From positions 1,920-65,919 of the forward strand of contig JBKQVI010000535.1 of NCBI GenBank assembly GCA_052139985.1: a stretch of 64,000 nt of DNA. Direction: 5' to 3'. This stretch comes from Terriglobia bacterium. Its GTDB lineage: Bacteria > Acidobacteriota > Terriglobia > UBA7540. Position 1 is the stretch's first letter. Each line of letters opens with the position of its first letter. Shown piece by piece: positions 54,880-64,000 of this stretch. The notes beneath the pieces were generated by a model that was not told the origin of the DNA, made no database searches, and saw only the letters and a program-made list of their open reading frames with translations. A program made the position numbers and the translations under genes.

Positions 54880-57800
54880 TCACGAGGAAGGCGGGGGAGG
54901 GGTTGAGCCTTGACCTTGTGCTTCCTGATGAGCGTCGCGATTCGACCCTCCGTTCGAACCCCTCTCTGTGCGCGAAGAGGCAAGAATGGGATTGCGTCTG
55001 CGATGTCTCGCCGGGGGTCTGTCTTTCTCGGAGGAGGTAAAGGAACCGACCATTATTAGAGTACTGAGCGCCACTCTTTCGTGTAACACCATTTCCGTCG
55101 CCATTACTTTGGGCTCTCGGTGGAACCATTTCTGGATAGAAGATTGGTTGAGGAAGTTACAGAGCGCCACCAGGCTCATCCCTTGATGATGTGCCATCCA
55201 GCAGCGGATTATTTCATAATCGCCGCTTTCAGTTTTCTGAGCGGGAGTGAAATCGCAGGAGTCATAGAAACCCCGAGAACCCAGGCAACCCATCTTCGTC
55301 ATGATCTCGAGGTTTCGCGTCGCGGCGTCGGGCTCAACGAGCAACGCCAGAAAGCTGGAATAAGGGGAAACCACAAGATTTTTGGGTGCGTGCGGGTCCA
55401 TCGCCAACCCTGGCACTCCAAAGGCCCGGTACCCGTATTCCCCCCGCGGATTTCGATCACTGAAGGCAGCTTCCGAGATGCCCCAGGGAACATCATTCTT
55501 GTGCGCGTATTTCATCTGACAACTAATTGCGGCACGCAGAGTTTGGTCCATAATGGTGTCCGGATGGGAGCGCATCCAGAGCGCCGGCATCAGATACTCA
55601 AACATCGTGCCACTCCAGGAGAGAAGCAGGCGCTCTCCCAGGTACGAAGTGTACGACCTTCCGAGGCGAAGCCAAGCCTCCTGGTGAACTTCGCCCTTGG
55701 CGGCGGCGATGAAAACCGCGGTTCGCGCTTCGGAAGCCAGTAGATCGTAGTAATACGGGTCCAACTTGTTCGTGGGAACGTTCCAGCCCGTCGAAAACGA
55801 TTTCCTTTTAGGATTGTAGAGAAAGCTGAAATCCATTTCATTTACAAGTTGATCGGTGTCTCGAACGACCCGCTGGAGGGCCTGTGCGAGCCTATCTGCA
55901 TTGTCGGCGCTCATGGGGAGCCGGCGTTGCAACAAGCGCGCGGCGCTTCTTTCGGCCCCGCCGGCCCGGTCATTGGTTAGGGATTCGGCCACTTGGTTTT
56001 CCACATCGTGCAAGGCAGCAGGGAGAGAGGCCAGCGTAATTCGCTCGATGGGGGCTCCCCGCTGGAAAAGTGGCAGATACTCGGGGAGCACCCAGGGCAT
56101 GAGGTTCTCCACCTGATTGCGAACTCCCCGCAGGCGCGCCGCGGTCTCTCCGGCCCACCAAACCAGGTCCACAGCCGGACAGACGCCCGTCTCGGTGGAA
56201 TCCCTGGCGCTGTTGCTCAACGTACTTTCAATCCGTTGAATCTGTTCTTCCAGCCACGGCAACGCTCCGATCCAAGAAGCAGCATCGTCCCCCAGCGGCT
56301 CCGCGAATGCTGCCAAGTCCTTTATCGCTTTAGAGGTTTCGACGGGAATTGTGGAGTCTTGCGAAAGATCCGAGAGGAGTTGAATAGGGTCACGTATTCC
56401 CTGCCACAGCTTCTTGGGTAATAACGGTTCACTCGAAAGGCCGAGGCAGCTCTGTTTCACGGTCCACAAGCAGGCCGCCAGGTTTCCGCTATCCACCGTG
56501 GAAATGAATAATGGCGGCAGAGGCTGGGCGGTTTGAATATCATACCAGTTGAAGAAATGGCCGTTGTGCCGCGGCAATTGCTGGGCGCTTCTGAGCGTAC
56601 GCTCAACCGCTTCTGCATACTCCTGTAAAGTTAAATAGCCCAACTCATGCGCGGCCAACTGCGCATTGAACAGAAGCCCCAGATTAGTGGACGACAGGCG
56701 AGCTGCTACGATTGGCGGATCCTCCTGCACATTATCCGGTATCAGCCAGTGATTTTCGGCATTGCTGAATTCACGGAAATACCGCCACGTACGAAGTCCC
56801 GCGAGGCGGAGAAAACTTTCGTGCTGCGGAGTTAGTTGAGGTTTTCGGTCTGCATGCTGGCGATTCACCCAATTCGAAAAAAAATCAGGAAGCAGCCAGA
56901 GTATCAATATGGGAGAGGCAATATACAGCGCGGCGGGACGAACCACAGCGAGAAACAGGGCTGTGGCCAAGGAAATGTAAGGTGTGACCGCCAAATACGT
57001 TTCAACCAGGGACTTCTTCTTTCCCAATTCGGATTCTGCCGCCGTCTCCCATTCCAGTAAGTTGCTGTGGGTTACGGTAAGGCGCGTGAGGGTTCGCAGA
57101 ATGGCATCCATCATGACCAGCGCCTGATGAGGAAGGAAGACGAGCATGACGAAGACGTGTAGGTGCCCCGACACCAGATCGTCGGCCCGCTCCTGCAAAA
57201 ATCCGCGCCAATTCTGGTCTCTGCGGATTCTCAGAAACGCAAACAAGAGTTGTGAGTAAGTAGGCATCAACAGCAGGCCGAGCGTTACCAGCGTCCAGTA
57301 AACCGGGCCACCGGGAAGAATCGCCCAGCCTAGAATCAGCAGCAGGAACAAGCCAATGTCGTTCATGCTCCGCCGCAGGTTATCGAAGATCTTCCAGCGG
57401 GAAATGAAGGTCAGGGGATTAGGCACGCGCCTGCCGAAATAGTCCGGAACCCGGGGCAAAAGCCACCGCATAATCTGCCAGTCGCCTCGCACCCATCGAT
57501 GCAGCCTGCGGCTATAGGCGCTGAGGTGGGACGGGTAGTCATCAACGACGACGATGTCGCTCGCCAGCCCGGCGCGAGCGTAGGCTCCTTCAATGAGATC
57601 GTGGCTCAGTAGGGCATTGGTAGGGAACCGCTTGCCCAGGACCTTTTGGAAAGTTTCGACTTCATAAATTCCCTTGCCGGTGAAGCTGCCCTCGCCGAAG
57701 AGATCCTGGTAAACGTCGGAGACTGCCTGTGAGTAGATGTCAAACCCGGTCTGCCCCGAATAAATAGAGGCGAGGCGCGAGTGGCGGGAGGACTCGACGC

Positions 57801-59631
57801 TGACGCTGACCCGGGGCTGGAGAATGGCGTGACCCTCGACCACGATATTGGTCCTCGGATCGACCACGGCCCGGTTCAGGGGGTGTGCCAGAGCTCCAAT
57901 GAGCGCCTGCGCCGCCCCAGGGGGTAATTTGGTGTCAGAATCCAAGGTAATAACATAGCGAACTCGCGGGAGCACCGACACGTCTCCGGTTTTCACTGGG
58001 AAGCTGTCAAAGGTCCCAAGCAGCAAATTGTTAAGGTCCATCAGCTTGCCGCGCTTTCGTTCCCAGCCCATCCAACTTCCTTCCGAGGGGTTGTAAACTC
58101 GATGACGGTGCAAATGCAGAAAGCTGCCCCGCAGGTCCGGCGAGTACTTCTGGTTGAGTTGGCGAATAAGATTGGAGCACAAACCCACCAGCTCATCATG
58201 CTCATCAAAGGGCTGGGAAGCATCGGGTGAATCCGTCACCAGCGCGAAGTGGAGATGGGGATCGTGGTTGGCCAGATAGCGGATTTCCAGGCTGTCGACA
58301 TTGCGCCGCACCTCTGCTTCGCTCAACAGTAAACAGGGAACCGCGACGAGGGTCGTGCAATCGGCGGGGATTCCGTCGGAGAAATCCAGCTTGGGGATTC
58401 GCCGAGGAGGCACGATGATGCTGGTCAGGTGATTTACGATGCCGATGGCGGCGTGGCTCGCAGGGATCAACAAAAGCAAGCCGGGCACAAACGGAATGAT
58501 GATGCCAAGGTGCTGCAAGAGGAAAAACACGAGGGCAACGGTGGTCAGTTCCACTCCCACAATGAAAAAGACCTCAGGCCATTCGAGGATGGTATCCAGG
58601 ATCCGGTATTTGAACGACGGCTTGTACCCGATCCGCTGTTTCAGGGTACGGTGGCCGGCACCCATGAGGTAATAGCCGACGTGCGTCCGACGGTTCGCGG
58701 TGCTTGAATCCGTACGCCTGGTTTGATTCTTGGCCCGCATGGCCAGGAATACAGCTTGCCGCGCCACTTCTTCCTCGCTGAAGAGCGCGTGCCGTGCCAA
58801 CTCCTGAACAGTTTTGCGGTACATCTGCCGGCTCTGCTCATCCATGTTGGCGTAGGCGCCAAACGGATCTTGCTGCAGGACGCGCTCACTGGAGCTGTTT
58901 TGTTCGAAGAAGCCTTTCCAATCCGTTTGCTGGATGAAGTGGAGAGCCTGGACCAGCTTCTGGAGCGGTTCGACGCTCCGATCGCCGGATGCATTGGCTT
59001 CTCCGTGCTCGGCTTCACGTCGAGTGCAGAGCGCCTTGCCGTGGTCGGTGATTTGTTCCAAGATGGCGAACTCCAGCATGGGTTTTAAGGCCCATATCTC
59101 TGCCATCATGAGACTTTCGACATGCTGGATTCCTTCGAAATAGTGAGAAAGAGCCGTCTCGGTGGGGATCACCTCCACACCGCGAAGAAAGCCAGTCGCC
59201 ACCGCGAAGGCGCGCGGAACGGCAGCGTCTGATTCTTTCGAGACGGTGAGGCCGCGTAAGCTCTTCAACTCATCGGAGACCTCTTGGCTGAATGTTTGCA
59301 GCAACCGGACGTTTTCCAGAAGGGTGATTTCATCCGCGGATAGGGTTTCGTCTCTGGATTGACGTTCCCTGAGGTCGCGCGCAAGATTTCGAATTTGCCT
59401 TTTGACCCTTCGCCATCGGCTGACAAAAGCCGCACGCGACTTCCTGCCATCCACGATCCGCCATCCCTCCGCATCGCGAATCCCCTGCGCGGTCAGCCTT
59501 CGCATCTGCACTTCGGGCGGCTCTTGTTTTTCAGCCGCGGGAGGGGGTGAAGCGGGAAGGGTCGGGGCGATTGTGCCCTCCCCATCCGGCCTACCAACGG
59601 AATCCGAAGGATTTTCAGCAGGAGGTGCCAT
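54880..59631 (-). CDS. cyclic beta-1,2-glucan synthase-like protein (GT84-type transferase plus (alpha/alpha)6 glucan-processing domain, no GH94 module)
   Basis: ITLDSDTKLP ... SHDLIEG ... LHRWVRGDWQ glycosyltransferase block with flanking TM helices. Then FFNWYD...VDSGNLAA...SWSGTMFEYLMP...PWGISEAA. 1583 aa. Confidence 0.8.
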   Translation of the reverse strand: MAPPAENPSDSVGRPDGEGTIAPTLPASPPPAAEKQEPPEVQMRRLTAQGIRDAEGWRIVDGRKSRAAFVSRWRRVKRQIRNLARDLRERQSRDETLSADEITLLENVRLLQTFSQEVSDELKSLRGLTVSKESDAAVPRAFAVATGFLRGVEVIPTETALSHYFEGIQHVESLMMAEIWALKPMLEFAILEQITDHGKALCTRREAEHGEANASGDRSVEPLQKLVQALHFIQQTDWKGFFEQNSSSERVLQQDPFGAYANMDEQSRQMYRKTVQELARHALFSEEEVARQAVFLAMRAKNQTRRTDSSTANRRTHVGYYLMGAGHRTLKQRIGYKPSFKYRILDTILEWPEVFFIVGVELTTVALVFFLLQHLGIIIPFVPGLLLLIPASHAAIGIVNHLTSIIVPPRRIPKLDFSDGIPADCTTLVAVPCLLLSEAEVRRNVDSLEIRYLANHDPHLHFALVTDSPDASQPFDEHDELVGLCSNLIRQLNQKYSPDLRGSFLHLHRHRVYNPSEGSWMGWERKRGKLMDLNNLLLGTFDSFPVKTGDVSVLPRVRYVITLDSDTKLPPGAAQALIGALAHPLNRAVVDPRTNIVVEGHAILQPRVSVSVESSRHSRLASIYSGQTGFDIYSQAVSDVYQDLFGEGSFTGKGIYEVETFQKVLGKRFPTNALLSHDLIEGAYARAGLASDIVVVDDYPSHLSAYSRRLHRWVRGDWQIMRWLLPRVPDYFGRRVPNPLTFISRWKIFDNLRRSMNDIGLFLLLILGWAILPGGPVYWTLVTLGLLLMPTYSQLLFAFLRIRRDQNWRGFLQERADDLVSGHLHVFVMLVFLPHQALVMMDAILRTLTRLTVTHSNLLEWETAAESELGKKKSLVETYLAVTPYISLATALFLAVVRPAALYIASPILILWLLPDFFSNWVNRQHADRKPQLTPQHESFLRLAGLRTWRYFREFSNAENHWLIPDNVQEDPPIVAARLSSTNLGLLFNAQLAAHELGYLTLQEYAEAVERTLRSAQQLPRHNGHFFNWYDIQTAQPLPPLFISTVDSGNLAACLWTVKQSCLGLSSEPLLPKKLWQGIRDPIQLLSDLSQDSTIPVETSKAIKDLAAFAEPLGDDAASWIGALPWLEEQIQRIESTLSNSARDSTETGVCPAVDLVWWAGETAARLRGVRNQVENLMPWVLPEYLPLFQRGAPIERITLASLPAALHDVENQVAESLTNDRAGGAERSAARLLQRRLPMSADNADRLAQALQRVVRDTDQLVNEMDFSFLYNPKRKSFSTGWNVPTNKLDPYYYDLLASEARTAVFIAAAKGEVHQEAWLRLGRSYTSYLGERLLLSWSGTMFEYLMPALWMRSHPDTIMDQTLRAAISCQMKYAHKNDVPWGISEAAFSDRNPRGEYGYRAFGVPGLAMDPHAPKNLVVSPYSSFLALLVEPDAATRNLEIMTKMGCLGSRGFYDSCDFTPAQKTESGDYEIIRCWMAHHQGMSLVALCNFLNQSSIQKWFHREPKVMATEMVLHERVALSTLIMVGSFTSSEKDRPPARHRRRNPILASSRTERGSNGGSNRDAHQEAQGQGSTPPPPSS

Positions 59632-59654
59632 GAATCAATGCAATCCTCTCAAAG

Positions 59655-61484
59655 CTAGCGATAGCTGGCGGCCTGCAACTCAAACATCTGCGAGTAGCGT
59701 CGCCCGCGGGTCATGAGGTCGCTGTGGGATCCATCTTCGGCAATTCTTCCGTCTGCAAGAACCAGAATTCGGTCCGCCATGCGGACGGTTGAAAAGCGAT
59801 GCGAGATCAGCAGCGCCATCTTGCCTTGCGTCAGCTCAGAGAATCGGTGGAAGACGTCGCTTTCGGATCGGGCATCGAGCGAGGCCGTGGGCTCGTCGAG
59901 GATCAATAATTGTGAGTCTCGCAGGTAGGCCCTGGCCAGAGCAATCTTCTGCCATTCCCCGCCGGAAAGATCCACGCCGCCCTCAAACCGCCGTCCGAGC
60001 ATCTGTCCGTAACCCAGCGGGAGGCGCTCAATGACCGGAGCCGCCATGCTCTTTCGTGCCGCCGCGGCGATACTCGCAATATTCGTGCCGTCGCCGATCT
60101 TCCCCACGGAAATGTTCTCTCTAGCCGTCATTTCATAGCGCATGAAATCCTGGAAAATGACGCCGATCTCACGGTGTAAATCGTCGAGGTCGTACTCCCG
60201 CAGGTCAATGCCGTCGAGCAGGATGCGGCCCACGGTGGGATCGTAGAGGCGCGTAATGAGCTTCACGATGGTTGTTTTGCCCTGACCGTTTTCTCCCACC
60301 AGCGCAACTCGCTCGCCGCGCCGGAAATGAAGATTCAAACCGTCTAGAATGTGACGGGAAGTCCCAGGATAAGTAAACGATACGTTTTCGAATTCGAAGC
60401 CTTGGCGGATTGGGCGAGGAGCGGGAAGCGCATGAGGCTTTGACCTCACCTTTGGCTCGACGGCAAAGAAGTCGAGCAGATCGGTGAGGAAGAGCGCCTG
60501 GTCGGCGATGCTCGAGAAAATTGAGAAGATCTGTTGGATATTACTGCTCGCGCCGTTTAACGCACCGGCAAGGAAGACCATGGTTCCGACGGAGAGTGCG
60601 CCGGCAAGGGTTTGGAAGATTACATAGGCGTAGGCGCTGTAATAGGCGGCAGTACTCAACAGGCCGAACAGGGAGCCCGCCGTAAGTCGCCGCTTCAAGA
60701 GCGAGATATTTTGTACGTAAACATCGTCCGCAAGTTGCGCGTACCTGCCGCTGAAGTGCCCGCTCAGCCCGAATAGCCTTAACTCCTTGGCGCTCTCCTT
60801 ACTCGCTCCCAGATCGCGTAAGTAATCGAGCTGGCGGCGCGTCGGGGTCAGTCGCATGTTCAGTGCATAACCGAGAAATGCGAAATGACTTTCACCGACG
60901 AAAGCAGGAATCACTCCCGCGACCAGAAGTAGCAGCAGCCACGGAGAAAATGCGAGAATGCTTACTGAAAGGGTAATTGCCGTAACCAGCCCTTGCAGCA
61001 ATCGGCCAAACGACTGGATCATTCCAATCCTGTCGGTGGCTTGGTGCCGGGCGCGCTCCAGCTTGTTGTAAAACTCCGGGTCCTCATACGAGGAAAGATC
61101 AAGCCGTGAGGCATGCTCCATGACGCGGATGCTCACGTGGCGAGTAAACCGGTCCGCAAGAAGACCATCGCAATAATCACAGAGTCGGCCCATGACGGCT
61201 CCGAGAACCGCCAGACCGAATTCCATCGCCACGAGCCACCAAAATCCCCGGGAGACTGGGGAGTGGGTTTTGACAACCTGGACAATGGCATCGATGATTT
61301 TGCGTGATACGGCCAGCACCCCAAGAGGAACGAGGGCGGCTACGACTCGAAAGATGATTCCTGAAGCCACCACGCGCGGCCCCGACTCCCACACAATCTT
61401 GAGGCCTGGGGGAAGATTCCGCAACGCGGACAGGCGTTCCCGCCAAGCGCCAAGGAATGACTCATTTGTCTGGCTTAGCTGCAT
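59655..61484 (-). CDS. ABC exporter, fused permease/ATPase (MsbA/NdvA-like)
   Basis: Six-helix N-domain. Walker A GENGQGKTT, signature LSGGEWQKIALAR, Walker B LLILDEPT. Start at 61484 has GAGGA upstream; the ORF extends to 61508. Confidence 0.85.
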   Translation of the reverse strand: MQLSQTNESFLGAWRERLSALRNLPPGLKIVWESGPRVVASGIIFRVVAALVPLGVLAVSRKIIDAIVQVVKTHSPVSRGFWWLVAMEFGLAVLGAVMGRLCDYCDGLLADRFTRHVSIRVMEHASRLDLSSYEDPEFYNKLERARHQATDRIGMIQSFGRLLQGLVTAITLSVSILAFSPWLLLLLVAGVIPAFVGESHFAFLGYALNMRLTPTRRQLDYLRDLGASKESAKELRLFGLSGHFSGRYAQLADDVYVQNISLLKRRLTAGSLFGLLSTAAYYSAYAYVIFQTLAGALSVGTMVFLAGALNGASSNIQQIFSIFSSIADQALFLTDLLDFFAVEPKVRSKPHALPAPRPIRQGFEFENVSFTYPGTSRHILDGLNLHFRRGERVALVGENGQGKTTIVKLITRLYDPTVGRILLDGIDLREYDLDDLHREIGVIFQDFMRYEMTARENISVGKIGDGTNIASIAAAARKSMAAPVIERLPLGYGQMLGRRFEGGVDLSGGEWQKIALARAYLRDSQLLILDEPTASLDARSESDVFHRFSELTQGKMALLISHRFSTVRMADRILVLADGRIAEDGSHSDLMTRGRRYSQMFELQAASYR

Positions 61485-61891
61485 AGTAGATCCTCGCCTA
61501 GCCTGCAAAGACCGGGCGCGTTGAGCTTGGGAAGGCCATTTTCGGCGCTAGGGGCTAAACTCTCTTCCACCACCCACCCTCTTATTAACGTGCGGCAATT
61601 GATATGCCTAAATTGTCCTAAAATGCAGCAGCCTGCGTTGCGAGAATCCGTCGCATCTTCAATAGCTTACGATGCGACCAGCCCGTGAATCTACGGAAAG
61701 CGAGTTGAATCGTCGTAAAAACTACCGATTCGCCATGCAAAAAGCTCGATGGTGCGGCATACCGATCCGTTCTCAGGATCGGGGAAGGGGGACAGCCTTG
61801 CAACTGTGCAGAGACTGTATGCGGACCGATGAATCGCCGCAGATCTTCTTGCATTGGCGGCACTACGAAATTTGTCTTGGGGGCCGCCAAG

Positions 61892-63808
61892 CTATTCTCT
61901 GAGGCGTGGATCCTGGCCGCCGAGAGCCCGATCCAGGTTAACAGCGGCGCTGATGAAGCTCAAGTGGGCGAACGCCTGAGGGAAGTTGCCCAGAGCTTCG
62001 CCCCGAAGCCCCGCCTCCTCGGAGTACAGGCCCAGGTGATTGGCCTGACCCAGCATTTTTTGAAAGAGCAACTGAGCTTGGTCCAGGCGTGCCGGGTCAG
62101 ACTTTCCAGCGCGTGTTAACGCCTCGATCAGCCAGAAACTACACATGTTGAATGTCCCCTCGCCTCCGCTCAGGCCATCCGGGGTCTCGCCCGCGTCATA
62201 GCGGTAGACGCTGCCATCGGACAGCAATCCGTTCTCGCCGAGCGGCCGACAGATCGCGTCCAGGGTTTGGGTCATCTTCGGGTCCGTCGGAGACATGAAA
62301 AACACCAACGGCATGGTCAGACACGATGCGTCCAACGTGGTGGCGCCATAGTACTGTACGAACGACCCGCGTTTCGAATTCCATCCCTTCCGTAATACTT
62401 GTTCGTAGATATGGTCCCTGGTCGTTCTCCAGCGATGGGCGTCGGCGGGAAAGGAACGCTTCGCGGCGAGGCGCAGCGCCCGGTCGAGAGCGACCCAACA
62501 CATCATTTTGGAATAGACAAAGTGTTGCGGGCCGCTTCTGACTTCCCATATTCCGTTGTCGCGGCGTTGCCAGTTGTCGCACACCCAATCCGCCAGCCGT
62601 CTCAAGTCTTGCCACAGATCGAAAGAGATAGGACTGCCGTATTTGTTGTAGAGGTACACCGCGTCCATCATTTCGCCATAGATGTCCATTTGCAGTTGCC
62701 GGTAAGCGGCGTTCCCGATGCGCACGGGACGCGAGCCCTGGTAACCCTCCCAGTGCCGGAGAATCTCCTCCGTCAAAGTCTCGCGCCCATCGATTCCGTA
62801 CACCGTTTGCAGCGAACGGCCTGCCTGAGCCCCCTGGCCGCAGAGCGACCCTAGCCAACCCATGAACCGAGCCGCTTCGTCGGTCAGCCCTACCCGAATC
62901 AGCGCATAGACCGTGAAGGCGGAATCGCGAATCCAACTGCATCGGTAGTCCCAGTTTCGCTCGCCCCCGATGCGCTCCGGCAGACTGGTAGTCGGCGCCG
63001 CTACGATGGCTCCTGTGGGTTCGTAGACAAGAAGTTCAAGCGCCAGCGCCGAGCGATGAACCATCTCGCGCCACCGTCCGAAGTAATTGCACTTTGCAAT
63101 CCACGTGAGCCAGTAGTCCACGGTTTGCGCCATCAAAACTTCGGACTCCGCAGCGGCGAGGGGCGCGACCGGTTTGTCCCCGGGAGCCACGATCTGGAGT
63201 AGAAAGGTTAGCGACTCACCCTCGTTCAGCGTGAATTCCGCCGCTACACCATTGTCGGCCTTCCGGAGCCGGATGGGAGAGCAGAGGGCCAGGTCGAGCG
63301 AATTGGAGCGGAATATCGCGCCTGCGGAGGTTAGTTCTACCCGGTGAGAATCGCGACCGTAGTTAAATGCCGGCTGGCATTCCAATCGAAAGGCCACGGC
63401 GCCGCGCACCGCCTGAACGCGCCGCACGAGTGGGCAAGCGTCCCGCTGCTTCGAATCCCCCATCGGCATAAAATCGGTGATCTCGCCGGCTCCGCTGGAG
63501 GAGCGGAAACGGGTAACAAGCACATTGGTGGAGGGCCGGTAGTATTGCTGGCCGGTATATTCGGGTCCGGTCGGAACGATATGAAAGCTGCCGCCCTTGG
63601 TGTGGTCAAGCAGAGCGCCGAAAACGCTGGGGGAATCAAAGCGGGGGAGGCAGAGCCAGTCGATTGATCCGTCCATCGCCACCAGCGCGGCGGTTCGCAG
63701 ATTCCCGACGATCCCATGGTCCTCTATCGCCGGATAATGGGTGGCGTTTTGTGACGTTGCTGCCGCACTGCGAGCTATCACTTGCATCGCGCCGCTTTTT
63801 CGCATCAT
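61892..63808 (-). CDS. glycoside hydrolase family 15 protein (glucoamylase/trehalase-like)
   Basis: N-terminal IEDHGIVGNLRTAALVAMDGSIDWLCLPRFDSPSVF plus (alpha/alpha)6 catalytic-domain segments (WIRDSAF, WEVR). 638 aa. Confidence 0.8.
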   Translation of the reverse strand: MMRKSGAMQVIARSAAATSQNATHYPAIEDHGIVGNLRTAALVAMDGSIDWLCLPRFDSPSVFGALLDHTKGGSFHIVPTGPEYTGQQYYRPSTNVLVTRFRSSSGAGEITDFMPMGDSKQRDACPLVRRVQAVRGAVAFRLECQPAFNYGRDSHRVELTSAGAIFRSNSLDLALCSPIRLRKADNGVAAEFTLNEGESLTFLLQIVAPGDKPVAPLAAAESEVLMAQTVDYWLTWIAKCNYFGRWREMVHRSALALELLVYEPTGAIVAAPTTSLPERIGGERNWDYRCSWIRDSAFTVYALIRVGLTDEAARFMGWLGSLCGQGAQAGRSLQTVYGIDGRETLTEEILRHWEGYQGSRPVRIGNAAYRQLQMDIYGEMMDAVYLYNKYGSPISFDLWQDLRRLADWVCDNWQRRDNGIWEVRSGPQHFVYSKMMCWVALDRALRLAAKRSFPADAHRWRTTRDHIYEQVLRKGWNSKRGSFVQYYGATTLDASCLTMPLVFFMSPTDPKMTQTLDAICRPLGENGLLSDGSVYRYDAGETPDGLSGGEGTFNMCSFWLIEALTRAGKSDPARLDQAQLLFQKMLGQANHLGLYSEEAGLRGEALGNFPQAFAHLSFISAAVNLDRALGGQDPRLRE

Positions 63809-63871
63809 ACCTTAGCCTAGCATATTCCAGCACCGCTCGTCAGCCGTGGGTAGTGGCGTCATTTGCTGTGG

Positions 63872-63890
63872 CACGGCCATCTTGGCCGTG
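63872..63890. repeat. CCATCTTGG-loop hairpin (cacggcc-atcttg-gccgtg)
   Basis: Read directly. Followed by a gggcgggacgcccg palindrome. Confidence 0.7.
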
Positions 63891-64000
63891 ACCGTTCACG
63901 GGCGGGACGCCCGTCGCACTTCCAAATGACAAGACTACCCATCGATGAGTTTGTGACGAGCCGCCAGAACGAACCCGGCGATGTGGGAACTCATCATCCT

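Overview
GC-rich (by eye about 58-60% GC) bacterial chromosomal segment, densely coding, with no rRNA, tRNA, CRISPR array, transposase, integrase or phage genes that I could recognise. Gene content and the intergenic palindromic repeats suggest an Acidobacteriota-like soil bacterium; this is inference, not proof.

Main blocks, in order:
(1) Secreted or envelope proteins, including a SpoIVB-type S55 peptidase and a beta-propeller protein.
(2) An ECF sigma / anti-sigma / DUF4097 module whose anti-sigma factor carries three tandem complete zinc-finger (ZAS) units.
(3) A small toxin-antitoxin islet: VapBC plus an overlapping DUF4160-DUF2442-77aa trio.
(4) A near-complete pentose-phosphate locus: gnd, PfkB kinase, tkt, fused tal-pgi, zwf, opcA, pgl, rpe.
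(5) A second ECF sigma/ZAS pair, a DksA-like protein, ComF, an HNH nuclease and metH.
(6) The Lhr helicase, bracketed by inverted copies of one palindromic element.
(7) The most unusual locus: a five-gene, translationally coupled operon. It encodes an 865-aa helical protein, a J-like protein whose HPD motif reads PPD, a GrpE-like factor, an Hsp70 paralog and a small zinc-ribbon protein.
(8) A cyclic-beta-1,2-glucan-synthase-like gene lacking the C-terminal phosphorylase module, next to an NdvA-like ABC exporter and a GH15 hydrolase.

Intergenic DNA holds several families of Y-shaped palindromic (REP/MITE-like) elements. It also holds a recurring AT-rich box (TTTGTTTTCA...GGAG) in tandem copies at three loci.

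All calls rest on reading the supplied translations and sequence. No database search was run, so family names are motif-based recognitions and start codons are approximate.
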